Assembly: GCA_963663545.1 (NCBI GenBank)
Contig: OY760505.1
Span: 384,001 to 448,000 of the forward strand
Direction of reading: 5' to 3'
Length of the DNA stretch: 64,000 nt
Origin: Candidatus Delongbacteria bacterium
GTDB taxonomy: Bacteria; CAIWAD01
The first letter of the stretch is position 1. The number at the start of each line of letters is the position of its first letter. The notes beneath the pieces are model-generated. The model had not been told where the DNA came from. It saw nothing but the letters and a program-made list of their open reading frames with translations, and made no database searches. Made by a program: the position numbers and the translations under genes. Below are positions 19,493-29,782 of this stretch, piece after piece.

Positions 19493-21061
19493 TCAGAAAC
19501 GAGCCTTCAGGCGGAACATCAGGCGCCAGTCAGCCTCACCGGACTCGGTGCTGCGCGACATGATTAAACGCCACTCATCAAAACCACCGGCAATACCAAA
19601 TCCTATATCATGTTGGAACTCGTCCAATTCCAGGTCTCCCAGGTCACCACTGTAGAGACGCCCCGCGCTACTGGTTACGATCAAATCCAAATCCTCAAGC
19701 GGAAAGGGGATGTTCAACCGCTCTTCCAGCGCTTCGCCGTGGATCACATATTCCAGCGTGCCCAACACCATACCAGGCGCTCCTGCATCAAGAACGAGCC
19801 TGGAATCGTTGGCCTCGGAATCTCTGTAGTCCAGTTTGCCATCTGCGTTGTCGTCCACCAAGTCAATGGATTTCGGGCGATAGCCAGGCAAAGCGTCCGG
19901 ACCGCCCAGGCGGTACAAATAGGGCTCGGGAATGTGTGCGCCCCAAGTGTTGCCAAGCAGGATTCTGCCATTCAAGTTCTCACACTGGTAGGAATCGAGC
20001 GGCAGATGAAAATGCATGCTCCCCATCCAGCGTTCGTACTCATACTCGGATTCGTCGCCTTCAAAATCACCCAGTCCACGCTCCCATTTTGCAGCAAGGG
20101 TGAGGCCGTACTGGTCGTACTCGCGCTCCTCGATCATGTCCAGCAGGAGCTCGGCGCGCAGGCCACGGGCATCGCCTCCCTTGAAGCCAAAGAGCTTGGA
20201 ATAGAGGTTTTCCTGATAATCGCGAGAGCCGTTCCAGCTCCACTGCGTATTGCGATCCAGAGGATCCATGCTTTCGGCGAACCATCCAAAGCCAAAGTTG
20301 ATCCGGCGTTCCCACAGTCGTGTATTCACAGTGACATCATAGCCTTCGCTGTCGTAGTGATCGAAGAAATCCATATGCAGCAGCCCACCTGCCAGGGTGT
20401 TCTCAGTGGAGGTCAACATCCAGTTATCCTGGCTTTCGGTCAAGGTGTGCCCACCGATGCCCAGTGTGAGTAGCGGCTTGTGCAGCAATGCACGGCGCAT
20501 TTGCATTTCGGCTTCGACGCGATGCGTGCCAAAGGCATAATAGGCTGTTCCGTCCAGATCAAAAAGGAGGGAAGGATTCTTCTCCAGATCGACGGGCAAT
20601 AGCTGAACGCCCAATTGCAATCCCGCCACACGATTGAAGGCAACATAGACATCCGTGTCGTCGTCCAGGTCTTTGCCCTCATCCTCCTCTAGATCCTCGT
20701 CGACGTCCTCGCGATCGCCCAAAGCGAAAGGAGTAGCCTCATCGCGATTGGTACTCAAGTAGTCCTTTTGCGAAATGCGACCGCCAACCTGATCCTTGTT
20801 GTCCAAAACCAGTTCGCCGTGGATGACCACCAGGTCGCCCTGGATGTAGGCACCAGGCTGTAGCACACAGTCACCGAAAACGACGAGCACTTTGCCCGTC
20901 ACCGTGCCTGCCAGAAAAAGATCGCCACGATACACCATTAGGTCGCCGTCAACGGTTTCCTCGGCTGAAATCACGATATCGCGCAGATAATGAGTTTGGG
21001 ATTCAGCGTGAAGAGCCGTGCACAAGGCGAGCAGCAGCACAAGCAGTAGAAAGTGTCTCAT
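19493..21061 (-). CDS. Exported protein: bactofilin-like N-terminus plus probable outer-membrane beta-barrel
   Basis: GDL/GxV beta-helix repeats, FNRVAGL, terminal FRLKARF barrel signal. Confidence 0.6.
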   Translation of the reverse strand: MRHFLLLVLLLALCTALHAESQTHYLRDIVISAEETVDGDLMVYRGDLFLAGTVTGKVLVVFGDCVLQPGAYIQGDLVVIHGELVLDNKDQVGGRISQKDYLSTNRDEATPFALGDREDVDEDLEEDEGKDLDDDTDVYVAFNRVAGLQLGVQLLPVDLEKNPSLLFDLDGTAYYAFGTHRVEAEMQMRRALLHKPLLTLGIGGHTLTESQDNWMLTSTENTLAGGLLHMDFFDHYDSEGYDVTVNTRLWERRINFGFGWFAESMDPLDRNTQWSWNGSRDYQENLYSKLFGFKGGDARGLRAELLLDMIEEREYDQYGLTLAAKWERGLGDFEGDESEYEYERWMGSMHFHLPLDSYQCENLNGRILLGNTWGAHIPEPYLYRLGGPDALPGYRPKSIDLVDDNADGKLDYRDSEANDSRLVLDAGAPGMVLGTLEYVIHGEALEERLNIPFPLEDLDLIVTSSAGRLYSGDLGDLELDEFQHDIGFGIAGGFDEWRLIMSRSTESGEADWRLMFRLKARF

Positions 21062-21996
21062 CGAGTGCCTCCTCCAAGCGGACTTGCGCTACCGCCACCC
21101 GCTGATAATACACGACCAGCCAAGCCACGCAATTCGGGTGTGGGATCGTCAACCAAGGCTTTCAAAAAGGCCTGGCGTACGACGGGCAGATCGATACTGG
21201 GAGCGAGCGCGCCAGCAGCCGCATAGCGGACATCCTGACTGGGATCGTGCGAAAGCGCATACACGAGTACATTCAACGTGTTGGGTGTAAAAGCACCGTC
21301 TTCCAGAATACGGATTGCCTTCAAGCGCCGGTCGCTGTCACGATCGTTGCGCACGATGTAACCCAAGTATTCCTGAATCTCGTCGTCGGCCGCAGACCCG
21401 TTGATCTCGTACCGGGAAGTCTCGTCCAGCAGGATGCGTACGCCAGAACCCGACTCGACTTCAAGATCCTGCACCGCATACTGCCGACTGCTGGGGCTAC
21501 CCACGGCTTGGCTGTTCAGGCTGGCCGCAGTCAACTCACCACCGCCAAAGGGGACAGGCGCCTCTGCAGTAGTGTTTAGCGGATGCTTGTTCAAAACCAT
21601 CATCATCGCTATCACAGTGCACGCGGCTGTGGAAACGGCATAGGCTGCCAATCGCCAACGACGAACAGGACGCACGCGCGGCTGAGGCACAGGCTGGGCC
21701 GGACGAGTATCGGGGATGGCTTTTAGGTCGGGTGAGGCAGTATCGAAGTTGGCCGGATGCCGGGGATGGCGCGCCAACAAAGCACTCAAGCCTGCGCGTG
21801 CCAGATCAAGCTCACCTTCATCCACACAGGCTTCTTCGGTCTCGGTCAACTCAGCCTGCAGCACTTCGATCTGGCGTAGCTCTTCGCGCAGTCCGGCGTC
21901 CTCGTCCAGAGCGGCGGCCACGAATTGATAACGAGCTGGATCAAGTGTGCCTTCAAGCCAGGCGATGAGATCGTGCTCGGTGGGTTTATTGCTCAT
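21058..21996 (-). CDS. Transmembrane anti-sigma factor with HEAT repeats
   Basis: LIAWLEGTL N-terminus, one TM segment, ALSHDPSQDVRYAAA; coupled to the sigma gene. Confidence 0.8.
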   Translation of the reverse strand: MSNKPTEHDLIAWLEGTLDPARYQFVAAALDEDAGLREELRQIEVLQAELTETEEACVDEGELDLARAGLSALLARHPRHPANFDTASPDLKAIPDTRPAQPVPQPRVRPVRRWRLAAYAVSTAACTVIAMMMVLNKHPLNTTAEAPVPFGGGELTAASLNSQAVGSPSSRQYAVQDLEVESGSGVRILLDETSRYEINGSAADDEIQEYLGYIVRNDRDSDRRLKAIRILEDGAFTPNTLNVLVYALSHDPSQDVRYAAAGALAPSIDLPVVRQAFLKALVDDPTPELRGLAGRVLSAGGGSASPLGGGTR

Positions 21997-22616
21997 TCGA
22001 GGTCATCCTTCAGTTGGTCCCTGATCGCGCGTACGGCGCGAAAGGCCAGGATTTTGACGGTGCCTTCGGGCATGTCGAAAATCTCGGCAATCTCCTTCAC
22101 TCTCAGCCCGTGCTGGTGGCGAAGGCAGAAAATCAGTCGCTGCTTTGGCTTCAGGGTTTCAACTGCGGTCCAGATTTTCTTTAACAACGCTTCCTTGCCA
22201 AATGTTTCCTGTTGATCCTCGATGGGGTTCACCGCCTGGTGCGCCACCACCCGGTCCATCCAGTCGCCGTCTTCCTCGTCATCCAATAGCGGTTGGAGGT
22301 GTTTCTTCTCTCTGCGGCCACGCTGATCGAAGTAGGTCATGCAACGATTGACGGCAATCCGATACAGCCATGTGAAGAATCCGGCTTCTAGTCGAAAATT
22401 TGGCAAGCCGAGCCAGGCACGCAGAAAGACGTCCTGATAGACGTCGCGCGCGTCTTCGGAATTGCGAACCATACTGCGAATAAGACCCATCAACCGTCTG
22501 TCATAACGACTGACCAGCATCTCAAACGCCGTCTGATCCCCTTGCTGGGATTTGAGAATAAGTTCTCGCTCGTCCTGCTCCAAGGTCTCTCCATTACTGG
22601 CGAGTTGGTGTGACAC
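21993..22616 (-). CDS. ECF sigma factor
   Basis: GDQTAF, DARDVYQDVF, FFTWLYRIAVN, EIAEIFDMPEGTVK. Confidence 0.95.
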   Translation of the reverse strand: MSHQLASNGETLEQDERELILKSQQGDQTAFEMLVSRYDRRLMGLIRSMVRNSEDARDVYQDVFLRAWLGLPNFRLEAGFFTWLYRIAVNRCMTYFDQRGRREKKHLQPLLDDEEDGDWMDRVVAHQAVNPIEDQQETFGKEALLKKIWTAVETLKPKQRLIFCLRHQHGLRVKEIAEIFDMPEGTVKILAFRAVRAIRDQLKDDLE

Positions 22617-22665
22617 TGCAAGATGTAAAAATACAGAAGGACGGCCAAGCGCTATAGACTACCTG

Positions 22666-24171
22666 TTACCAGCTCACAGCGACGGCGCGCATTTCCCATT
22701 CGCTCCCTGTATGAACCCGCAACAGATACGCACCTGGCTCGGGCAACTGCCCGTTCTCCAGTCGACCATTCCAAAGATAGGAGGAAGATTCAGTGTAGCG
22801 TTCGAAAAGCCGTTCTCCCAGTCGGGTCCACAGTTGTATCACAAGACGCTCCGACCCGGGACAGGAAATGCGTAGATGCGCATTTTCGTTGGTTGACAGC
22901 GGCAGCAGCAAATCACTCGAAAGCTGCAATCCAGCCCGGTCAGCGGAGGGAATCCAGCAGGAATTCTGTCCTCCAGGAGTTCCGCCCGTCACCGAACTGC
23001 AGCTCCAACTCTCGGGCAATTCTGCTTGCAGCTCAGGGCCCAGTCGCTCCAGGCTGCGAGCACGGCAATGCACGGGCGTATCCCATTGCACTTCCTCCAC
23101 TCGCTCTCCATCGGGTGACTCTAGTACTAGAAAGCCCTGAAGATTCAGGTGAGGAGCACAGACAAAAGTGCGGCAGTCTTCCCTTGTCTGTGTATCACGG
23201 CCAAGCAGTAGATAGCAAGCGGCTGCCAGTGTGCCCTCCAACTCCTGCGACCAGCTATCCGCCACCAGCTCCATGCCATCCAATACCAATTCACACTCGC
23301 CTGCATTCCACAATTCGATCCAATCGCGGCCTTCTTCCCCGTCGGCCATGATTTCGTTGATACAGAGGCCATCGCGCGCAGGCCGCCACAGCAGCGTGTC
23401 AAGTAGCAGTCGTGATCCACCGGGCGACGGATGGCTCAGATGAAATGGATTGTTGCCCGCCAAAGGCAGAGGGGGCAGCGTTTGCTCCCAGCATTCTCCC
23501 CCGTTCAAATCCGGAAGCACAAGCTCCGTTTCAAGCGCGCACGAGCCCTGTCCAGCACAAAGAGTGACAGGGCCGGACCAGCCTGCATAGCCACAGGCCC
23601 TAAGCAGAAGCCGCTCCAGCTTGATCTCGAGCAGTTCCAGCTCGTAGTCCAGTCGCTGCACGCTGTTTGGTCTTCCCAGACTATGGGAGCCCAGTCGATG
23701 CGGAAGCCAGCTCGCGCTGCTGCATGGATCACGCTCGCGTCGTTCGCAACTACAGCCAGCGGGCAGATCGCCTCGGGTCCACAACGAATCCAGGACCTCG
23801 CCCTCGGCAGACAGCAACTGAAGGCACTCCCCACCGCCATTGGTCAAGCCGCCGGACCCGAACGAGGTGTCGCCGATGTACAGCACGACAACCGAATCGG
23901 GCAGTCCTTGTAAATAGGCACCGCTATGGTCTGGGTCCAGGATCAGCGCAATTTGCCCCGGTGGCAGGCTGTCTGCATCGCTGACAAGCTCATCGATCCC
24001 GCTTCCATCACTCAGCCGCAAGTCGTCAAGGGATACAGCGCTGGCGCCCGGATTCCAGAGTTCGACGCATTCGTCCTCATACTCAGAACCCAATGGATTT
24101 GACAAGTATTCGTTCAACAGAAGCTGTGCTGCACACAGCCTCGCCAACAAGAGCAGCAGCAGATAGCGCAT
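22666..24171 (-). CDS. Secreted lamin-tail-domain protein with FlgD-like tail
   Basis: LLNEYLSNP..VELWN, INEIMAD..WIELWN, WNGR...PGAYLL. Confidence 0.8.
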   Translation of the reverse strand: MRYLLLLLLARLCAAQLLLNEYLSNPLGSEYEDECVELWNPGASAVSLDDLRLSDGSGIDELVSDADSLPPGQIALILDPDHSGAYLQGLPDSVVVLYIGDTSFGSGGLTNGGGECLQLLSAEGEVLDSLWTRGDLPAGCSCERRERDPCSSASWLPHRLGSHSLGRPNSVQRLDYELELLEIKLERLLLRACGYAGWSGPVTLCAGQGSCALETELVLPDLNGGECWEQTLPPLPLAGNNPFHLSHPSPGGSRLLLDTLLWRPARDGLCINEIMADGEEGRDWIELWNAGECELVLDGMELVADSWSQELEGTLAAACYLLLGRDTQTREDCRTFVCAPHLNLQGFLVLESPDGERVEEVQWDTPVHCRARSLERLGPELQAELPESWSCSSVTGGTPGGQNSCWIPSADRAGLQLSSDLLLPLSTNENAHLRISCPGSERLVIQLWTRLGERLFERYTESSSYLWNGRLENGQLPEPGAYLLRVHTGSEWEMRAVAVSW

Positions 24172-24253
24172 GGTTCACCTCCGCAGGGCAAACACGCAGC
24201 TGCGGTATGAGTTTCCAGAAAAGCGGCTCTTGGCGGAAAGGAGATCGCAGGTG

Positions 24254-25111
24254 TCAGTTGGGCTGGACATCTTCGTCGCCCCGGGCGGAGGCGCGCAGAT
24301 CCAGCATCAAGCTATCAGCAGTGTAGGTTTCGGTGACGGGTTTGCGAATGTTCGCCAGCATATTGAGCACACGCCCCAGGCGGCGGACTTGGGCGAGAAT
24401 TGTCCGCAGCTTGTCCTGTACTCCTTCGTCAGAGTCAAGCAGCTGCAGTGAAAGCAACTCGGCAGAACCGTTGATAATGGTGAGCGGATTGTTGATTTCG
24501 TGATTCATGGTGGCAATCAGCTCGCCCACGGCCTTGAGCCGTTCGCTCTCCACAAGACGTCCTTGCATGTCTCGCAGCTGTCGATTTCGCTGCGCCAATA
24601 CCGCATTTGAGGTGCGCAGATCGCGTACCAGGTGCATGTTATGGATGAGCTGGGCCAATTGACCGGCTAGCAGTCTCAGGGGTGTTTCTTCCAACTCATG
24701 AAAAGCTCCGCTGGTGCTGTGGCCGAAATTCATTACTCCCAGCAGCTCGTCCTCCACCACCAGAGGTAATCCGACGTAGGACTGGACCCGATGCGCATCA
24801 ACGTTTCGGCGCCGCCCCAGTACAGGTAGAATGATCGGGCGACGCTGCTGGGCAATCCACGCACTAAGGCCGAAACCCATGTCGAAGCGCACGACGTCGA
24901 TCAGGTTCACCGGTGTATCACCGACCATCTCGTCCTGCACAAGTTCGCCACTCTCATCGTCCAAGAGGTACAGTGTGGCGGATTCGTAAGGGATGATGCG
25001 TGCTACCAAATCCAGCACCGGGCGAAGACTCTGCTGTTCGGCTGTACTGGCCTGCAGCAGGCTGGTCAATTCCAGCAGAACGCTGAGTTCTTCGCTACGG
25101 ATGCTACCCAT
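24254..25111 (-). CDS. GAF plus HisKA(DHp) protein lacking HATPase domain
   Basis: GAF domain, HEINNPL H-box, ends about 80 aa later with no N/G1/F/G2 boxes. Confidence 0.85.
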   Translation of the reverse strand: MGSIRSEELSVLLELTSLLQASTAEQQSLRPVLDLVARIIPYESATLYLLDDESGELVQDEMVGDTPVNLIDVVRFDMGFGLSAWIAQQRRPIILPVLGRRRNVDAHRVQSYVGLPLVVEDELLGVMNFGHSTSGAFHELEETPLRLLAGQLAQLIHNMHLVRDLRTSNAVLAQRNRQLRDMQGRLVESERLKAVGELIATMNHEINNPLTIINGSAELLSLQLLDSDEGVQDKLRTILAQVRRLGRVLNMLANIRKPVTETYTADSLMLDLRASARGDEDVQPN

Positions 25112-25124
25112 GTCACAACGGTCC

Positions 25125-26555
25125 TTAGTCTTCGCGCAGTTCCAGTATCAGGCGGACCTCATCAACACCCATATCCAGCGACTCGGCAATCTCGACGATG
25201 GACTTCTTCTGGTCCGCCAAGCGGTACACAGCCTCCTCGCGGCTACCGCTTCCCATGGGGATATCGTCATCTTCCGGAGTCTCTGGAGCGGGTTCTGGCA
25301 TCAGATCGGAAACATCAGGTATTTTTGTGTCACGCTTTGGAGCGGGCGGCGCTTCCGCCTGACTGCGGCTCAGTTCCGCCAGTTCCTGTTCAAGCTCATC
25401 CTGCACACGACGTGAGACACTGCTGTAATCGTTCAATTCTTCCGGGACTTCAGGATTGCTATCTCCTAAAGCATCTGCAATGATTCGTCTGCGCTCACGA
25501 GCCTTTTTCCGCTGTGATACAATGAACTGGCCCAGTAAAAAGGCCGCCAAACCCAGGGCGATTCCCAGCATCAGGCCAGGCAGAAAACGGCTGCTCTTCT
25601 TGACAACAACGGGTGTGGTGTATAAATCCGTTGCTGTCAGCGGACGCCCCTGGCGCAGGACTTCGAGATAGTAGGCCAGATCGTCCTGATTGATCTCCCC
25701 GCCCGGCAGGACGCCGTTGACTTCCTGCCCATCGAGCTGCATCACAACCAGGCGCGCGGCGTCGCTGTAGATGGGGTTCTCCAGCAAGGGGTCCAGCTGC
25801 TGCTTGGCGCGAAAAAGATCGCCGAGATTGTAATACACCTGTCCCAAGCGGTAGCGCACCATCGGATGCTCGCTACTGCGATCGCTTAGCTTTTTGAGCT
25901 GTTGCAGTGCAGTGGGATAATCGCCCAGTTCAAGTAGTAGTTCACCGATGCGCAGTCGCTTGTAATCGCGGTTCGAAAGCCCCTGGTAGTTCTTGGGATC
26001 TTCAATTCCACCCGTCGGTGCAGTCTCTTCCTGCAGTCGCGGTTCAGGTTCATGCTGGGGCTCCTGCTGCTCATGTTGTGATACAGTCCGGTTTGCGAGC
26101 GGGTCTGTATCACGGCTCGTGTGGGTAGCTGGAGTGATCTGAGGTCTTGTCGCTGGCGAGCTTGCCGCATCGGAATCTGTGTCACCCGGATACACATCAA
26201 TGACGATGCGGAAGGGGCTTTCATCGAGGCCAAAATGGCGCACACGGCCCACGCCCGAGCAACTCAGCTTCCACACGGTCTGTCCATCGCGCATGCCCGC
26301 TGCTTCTGCGCGCTCCACAACACCACTGCCGACGCGTAAGCGGTCACTCATGCGATGACTGACATCACCCGCCAGAAGCACATCCACTTCACGCGCGGAG
26401 ACACGTAACACCTGGTAGGACAGGCGCTCACTCAGGTCAAAAACGATCCGCGTGTGATCCTCGTGCTCGAACCAGCGAATGCTATCCAACTCGGCCGCGA
26501 CAGCGGGCAGCAGCCACAGCAATAGAGTTACGATGCGCAGCGTGCACTTCGTCAT
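25125..26555 (-). CDS. AMIN-like + TPR + TM + C-terminal HTH-like (DUF2802/SwrB-like) protein
   Basis: HTRIVFDL...RIVIDV, TPR helices, one TM segment, EIAESLDMGVDEVRLILEL. Confidence 0.65.
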   Translation of the reverse strand: MTKCTLRIVTLLLWLLPAVAAELDSIRWFEHEDHTRIVFDLSERLSYQVLRVSAREVDVLLAGDVSHRMSDRLRVGSGVVERAEAAGMRDGQTVWKLSCSGVGRVRHFGLDESPFRIVIDVYPGDTDSDAASSPATRPQITPATHTSRDTDPLANRTVSQHEQQEPQHEPEPRLQEETAPTGGIEDPKNYQGLSNRDYKRLRIGELLLELGDYPTALQQLKKLSDRSSEHPMVRYRLGQVYYNLGDLFRAKQQLDPLLENPIYSDAARLVVMQLDGQEVNGVLPGGEINQDDLAYYLEVLRQGRPLTATDLYTTPVVVKKSSRFLPGLMLGIALGLAAFLLGQFIVSQRKKARERRRIIADALGDSNPEVPEELNDYSSVSRRVQDELEQELAELSRSQAEAPPAPKRDTKIPDVSDLMPEPAPETPEDDDIPMGSGSREEAVYRLADQKKSIVEIAESLDMGVDEVRLILELRED

Positions 26556-26559
26556 GCCG

Positions 26560-27774
26560 TCACTCCTTGTTGGGGTCGTGCAGATCAATGTCCAGCATTT
26601 CGGTGTCCCCCAGGTACTTCACGCGCTTGATCTCCTCGACGCGCTCCAGGTGGCGGGCCACCGTTTCGATCTTGCGGCACGAGGTTTCAATGACGTCCAG
26701 GCGATGCAATAGGTTCTCATCCGCCTCTTCGCCTAGATGACGCCGGATCATGAAGAGGTTGCCAATGATGGTGGTCAGCGGATTGTTGATTTCGTGATTC
26801 ACCGTCACCGCAGCCAGCATCACAGCGCGCAGACGCTCGGCTTCCGTAGCCTGCTCCTCAAGACGGCGCCGCTCCGTCATGTCGCGAATAATGGCCATCG
26901 TCGAAGCCCGCATCGGGTGTTTGCTGCTCAACGGCGTCAGCGTCAGTTGTATCACGCGTAGTGGTGGCTGGCCCTCTTCGCCAGGGAGCTCAACTTCCTC
27001 AAGACTGCGATGGCCGTTGGCAATGCCCTCCAGCAATCGATCGCGCTGTTCCGGGTCGGCGACAAAATCCAGCAGGCAACGCCCCACCAGGCGACCGGGC
27101 TCAATGGCCACAACCTCGGCCCGCTGGTTGCTGTAGCGAATGCGTCCTTCACTGTCCAGCAACAGAATCAGATCCGTGGCGCTATCAAACATTTCCTGCA
27201 ACTGGGCACGGCTATCGGCGAGCTGAGCCAGCAAACGAGAGTTTTCCAGCGCCATGGCGGCCTGAGCAGCAGCGAAGGCCAACAGATCCATACGCTGAGC
27301 GGTCAGTTCCTGCTCCTGCATGGGCGTGCGAATCAGCAGCACGCCGATGCCGGTGTTCATCACGGCAAGCGGCACGAGCAGATCACTTTTTCCGCTCCCG
27401 GTGCCCAGCAGATCGGGCACCTGCACCGGACGTCCTTCTTCAAGCACCCAATCGCAGATGCCTTCTTCGTTCAAATTGTACACAGCCTGACGGATGGTAA
27501 CGGAAGGGTCGCCTACCGCTTCAAGCAGGTGTTCGCTGTTGTAAAGGAACAAGCCCAGGTGCGGCTCGGGGAGCACACGGTCCAGTAGCGTCTGCAGCGC
27601 TTCGACGATCGAACTGGTTTCAGTGGAGGAACGCACGGTTCGCGCCAGATTCTGGATCTCGCGCAACTCCTCCAGGCTGTGCTTCAACTCGGCACGCACG
27701 GCCCGTAGGTGTTCCACCTCCTGCTGCAATTCGGTCTGCGCTATTTTCAGACGACCCTCACCCTCCGGCGCCAT
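26560..27774 (-). CDS. GAF-PAS-HisKA protein lacking HATPase domain
   Basis: GAF domain, PAS (LLLDSEGRIRYSN...RDMTER), HEINNPL, short tail. Confidence 0.85.
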   Translation of the reverse strand: MAPEGEGRLKIAQTELQQEVEHLRAVRAELKHSLEELREIQNLARTVRSSTETSSIVEALQTLLDRVLPEPHLGLFLYNSEHLLEAVGDPSVTIRQAVYNLNEEGICDWVLEEGRPVQVPDLLGTGSGKSDLLVPLAVMNTGIGVLLIRTPMQEQELTAQRMDLLAFAAAQAAMALENSRLLAQLADSRAQLQEMFDSATDLILLLDSEGRIRYSNQRAEVVAIEPGRLVGRCLLDFVADPEQRDRLLEGIANGHRSLEEVELPGEEGQPPLRVIQLTLTPLSSKHPMRASTMAIIRDMTERRRLEEQATEAERLRAVMLAAVTVNHEINNPLTTIIGNLFMIRRHLGEEADENLLHRLDVIETSCRKIETVARHLERVEEIKRVKYLGDTEMLDIDLHDPNKE

Positions 27775-27776
27775 GC

Positions 27777-28676
27777 CTAGTCCTCCACCTCACGTCCAAG
27801 CACCAGACTGCGGAAGGTCTCGGCGCGCTGGAGTTCTTCCTCGTAGCGTTCGCGGTACCAGTTGATATCCAGGCTGCCGATCTCGTTGCGGCGCAAGCCA
27901 AGCAGGCTGACGACCTCATCACCGGGCGCCGACAGGGGACCTTCCTGCAGAGGATTGTCGGAAACCAGGTGCGCCAGATGCTCCGCCACGTGCACAATAC
28001 CGGTCAACATGTCCGGCCGGTCCATCTCCATCGGATGGTGATGCATCGCAATCGCGTCGCAGATGCTGTCGGGCAGATTCCAACGACGGCAGAGCATGCC
28101 GCCCACTTCGGCGTGACTCATGCCCAATTCCTGATGCTCGATGACCCAGAGATACGTGTTCTGGTCATTGAGCGCCGCCGTGATACGTTCGTGTTCGTCG
28201 GGAACATAACGCGCAATTACCAGTCGGCCAATGTCGTGCAGCAGCCCGGCCACAAAGGCCTCGCCCACAGCTCGGTGGCCGCACTCGCGCTGGATCATGC
28301 GCGCTGCAATGGCCGTCGAGACGCTGTGCTCCCAGAAATCCGTCATGCCCATGCCGGAGGGGCCGCCCATGTTCAGGCGCTCCACCAAACTGGCAGAAAC
28401 CGCCAGATCGCGCACTGTATTGAAGCCCAGCACGACGATGGCCAGATTGATGGTGCCGATGCGGCGGGGAAATCCATAATACGCACTGTTGGCCAGTTTC
28501 AGCATGCGCGCCGTCAGCGCCGGATCGGAAGCGATCAGCCGCGACAGTGTGGAGGCGTCGGTGCGGGGATTGTCCACCAGCTCGACGATTTTCGCCACCA
28601 CCGTCGGCAAGGTGGGCAGATCAAGAATACCACCCGCTATGCGGCGCATGCGCGCTCTTTTGTCCGTGTCTTCCAT
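27777..28676 (-). CDS. HDOD domain protein
   Basis: LPTLP, DPALTARMLKLANSAYYG, GLLHDIGR. Confidence 0.95.
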   Translation of the reverse strand: MEDTDKRARMRRIAGGILDLPTLPTVVAKIVELVDNPRTDASTLSRLIASDPALTARMLKLANSAYYGFPRRIGTINLAIVVLGFNTVRDLAVSASLVERLNMGGPSGMGMTDFWEHSVSTAIAARMIQRECGHRAVGEAFVAGLLHDIGRLVIARYVPDEHERITAALNDQNTYLWVIEHQELGMSHAEVGGMLCRRWNLPDSICDAIAMHHHPMEMDRPDMLTGIVHVAEHLAHLVSDNPLQEGPLSAPGDEVVSLLGLRRNEIGSLDINWYRERYEEELQRAETFRSLVLGREVED

Positions 28677-28996
28677 CAGGCTCTCAAATCGATATGGGGA
28701 TGGGGCTCATCACCGTCCTCCGCGTCCTCGGCGGAGTCTTTGCGTTTGCGCCGCTCCCTTTCCTGAACAAGCGGGATATCAATCGTATCACCGCGTTCGT
28801 CCTGTTCCTGTGATACACGCGATGCGCGATCTCGATCCTCATCACGGGGGTCTTCGTCCTCACCACGTTCCTCCTCCGTGACACGCCGTACAAGCTCCTC
28901 GCGGAAAGATTGGCTATCCTCCGGACGCATGTGCTGACGACTGCGGCGACTGACAGGGTCTACGCGCCGCGGGCCACCGGGGGGACGAATGTTCAT
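28676..28996 (-). CDS. Small charged hypothetical protein
   Basis: RBS GGGAGG, coupled to the HDOD gene, ends HIDLRA. Confidence 0.6.
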   Translation of the reverse strand: MNIRPPGGPRRVDPVSRRSRQHMRPEDSQSFREELVRRVTEEERGEDEDPRDEDRDRASRVSQEQDERGDTIDIPLVQERERRKRKDSAEDAEDGDEPHPHIDLRA

Positions 28997-29015
28997 CCCG
29001 ACCTCCCGTGATACA

Positions 29016-29780
29016 TCAGGGGGCGATCATCCTCCTGATGTGCGACTTCATGCTGGCGATGATCTTCGTATGAATCTGGCTCACACGCGACTCGCTGATA
29101 TCGAGTACGCGGCCAATTTCCTTCAGGGTCAGTTCTTCGTAGTAATAGAGCGCGATCACCAGTTTCTCCTGCTCGGGGAGACGGTTGATCAGATCAATAA
29201 TCAGACGCTTGATCTCCTTGCGCTCCATCATGTCCAACGGATTGTCGTGACGCGCGTCTTCCACCAGGTCGTACAAGCTGCCGGAAGCATCCTGATCACT
29301 GCCGGACAGGGGACGATCGAAGGACAACATCGTTGTGGCGCCCACTTCATCGAGCAGTTTGTGATACTCGCTGATGCTCAAGCCCATCGCCTCGGCGACT
29401 TCTTCTTCGGTGGGCACGCGTCCCAATCGGGCTTCCAGCTCGGTCAACGCCGACTCGTGCTGCTTCTCCTTGGCGCGAATGGAACGCGGCACCCAGTCGT
29501 AGTCGCGCAGACCGTCGAGGATGGCTCCACGAATGCGAGGAATTGCATAGGTCTCGAACTTGAAGCCCAGCGAAGGATCGAAGTTTTCGACGCTGTTGAT
29601 CAGTCCAAGAATGCCCGAGCCCACCAGATCATCCAGACAGACAGAATGGGGCAAAGACATTTTCATGCGGCTGGCCACCTGTTTTACCAGGGGGAGATAG
29701 GTCACCAGCAGCTTTTCCTTCATCGGCTCGCTGCGCTCCTTGGAGTAGGACGCCCATAGCTCGTCCGCGCGGATCGCCAT
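29016..29780 (-). CDS. fliA: Flagellar sigma factor sigma-28
   Basis: KFETYAIPRIRGAILDGLRDYDWVPRS, LYYYEELTLKEIG...SESRVSQIH. Confidence 0.97.
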   Translation of the reverse strand: MAIRADELWASYSKERSEPMKEKLLVTYLPLVKQVASRMKMSLPHSVCLDDLVGSGILGLINSVENFDPSLGFKFETYAIPRIRGAILDGLRDYDWVPRSIRAKEKQHESALTELEARLGRVPTEEEVAEAMGLSISEYHKLLDEVGATTMLSFDRPLSGSDQDASGSLYDLVEDARHDNPLDMMERKEIKRLIIDLINRLPEQEKLVIALYYYEELTLKEIGRVLDISESRVSQIHTKIIASMKSHIRRMIAP

Positions 29781-29782
29781 AT

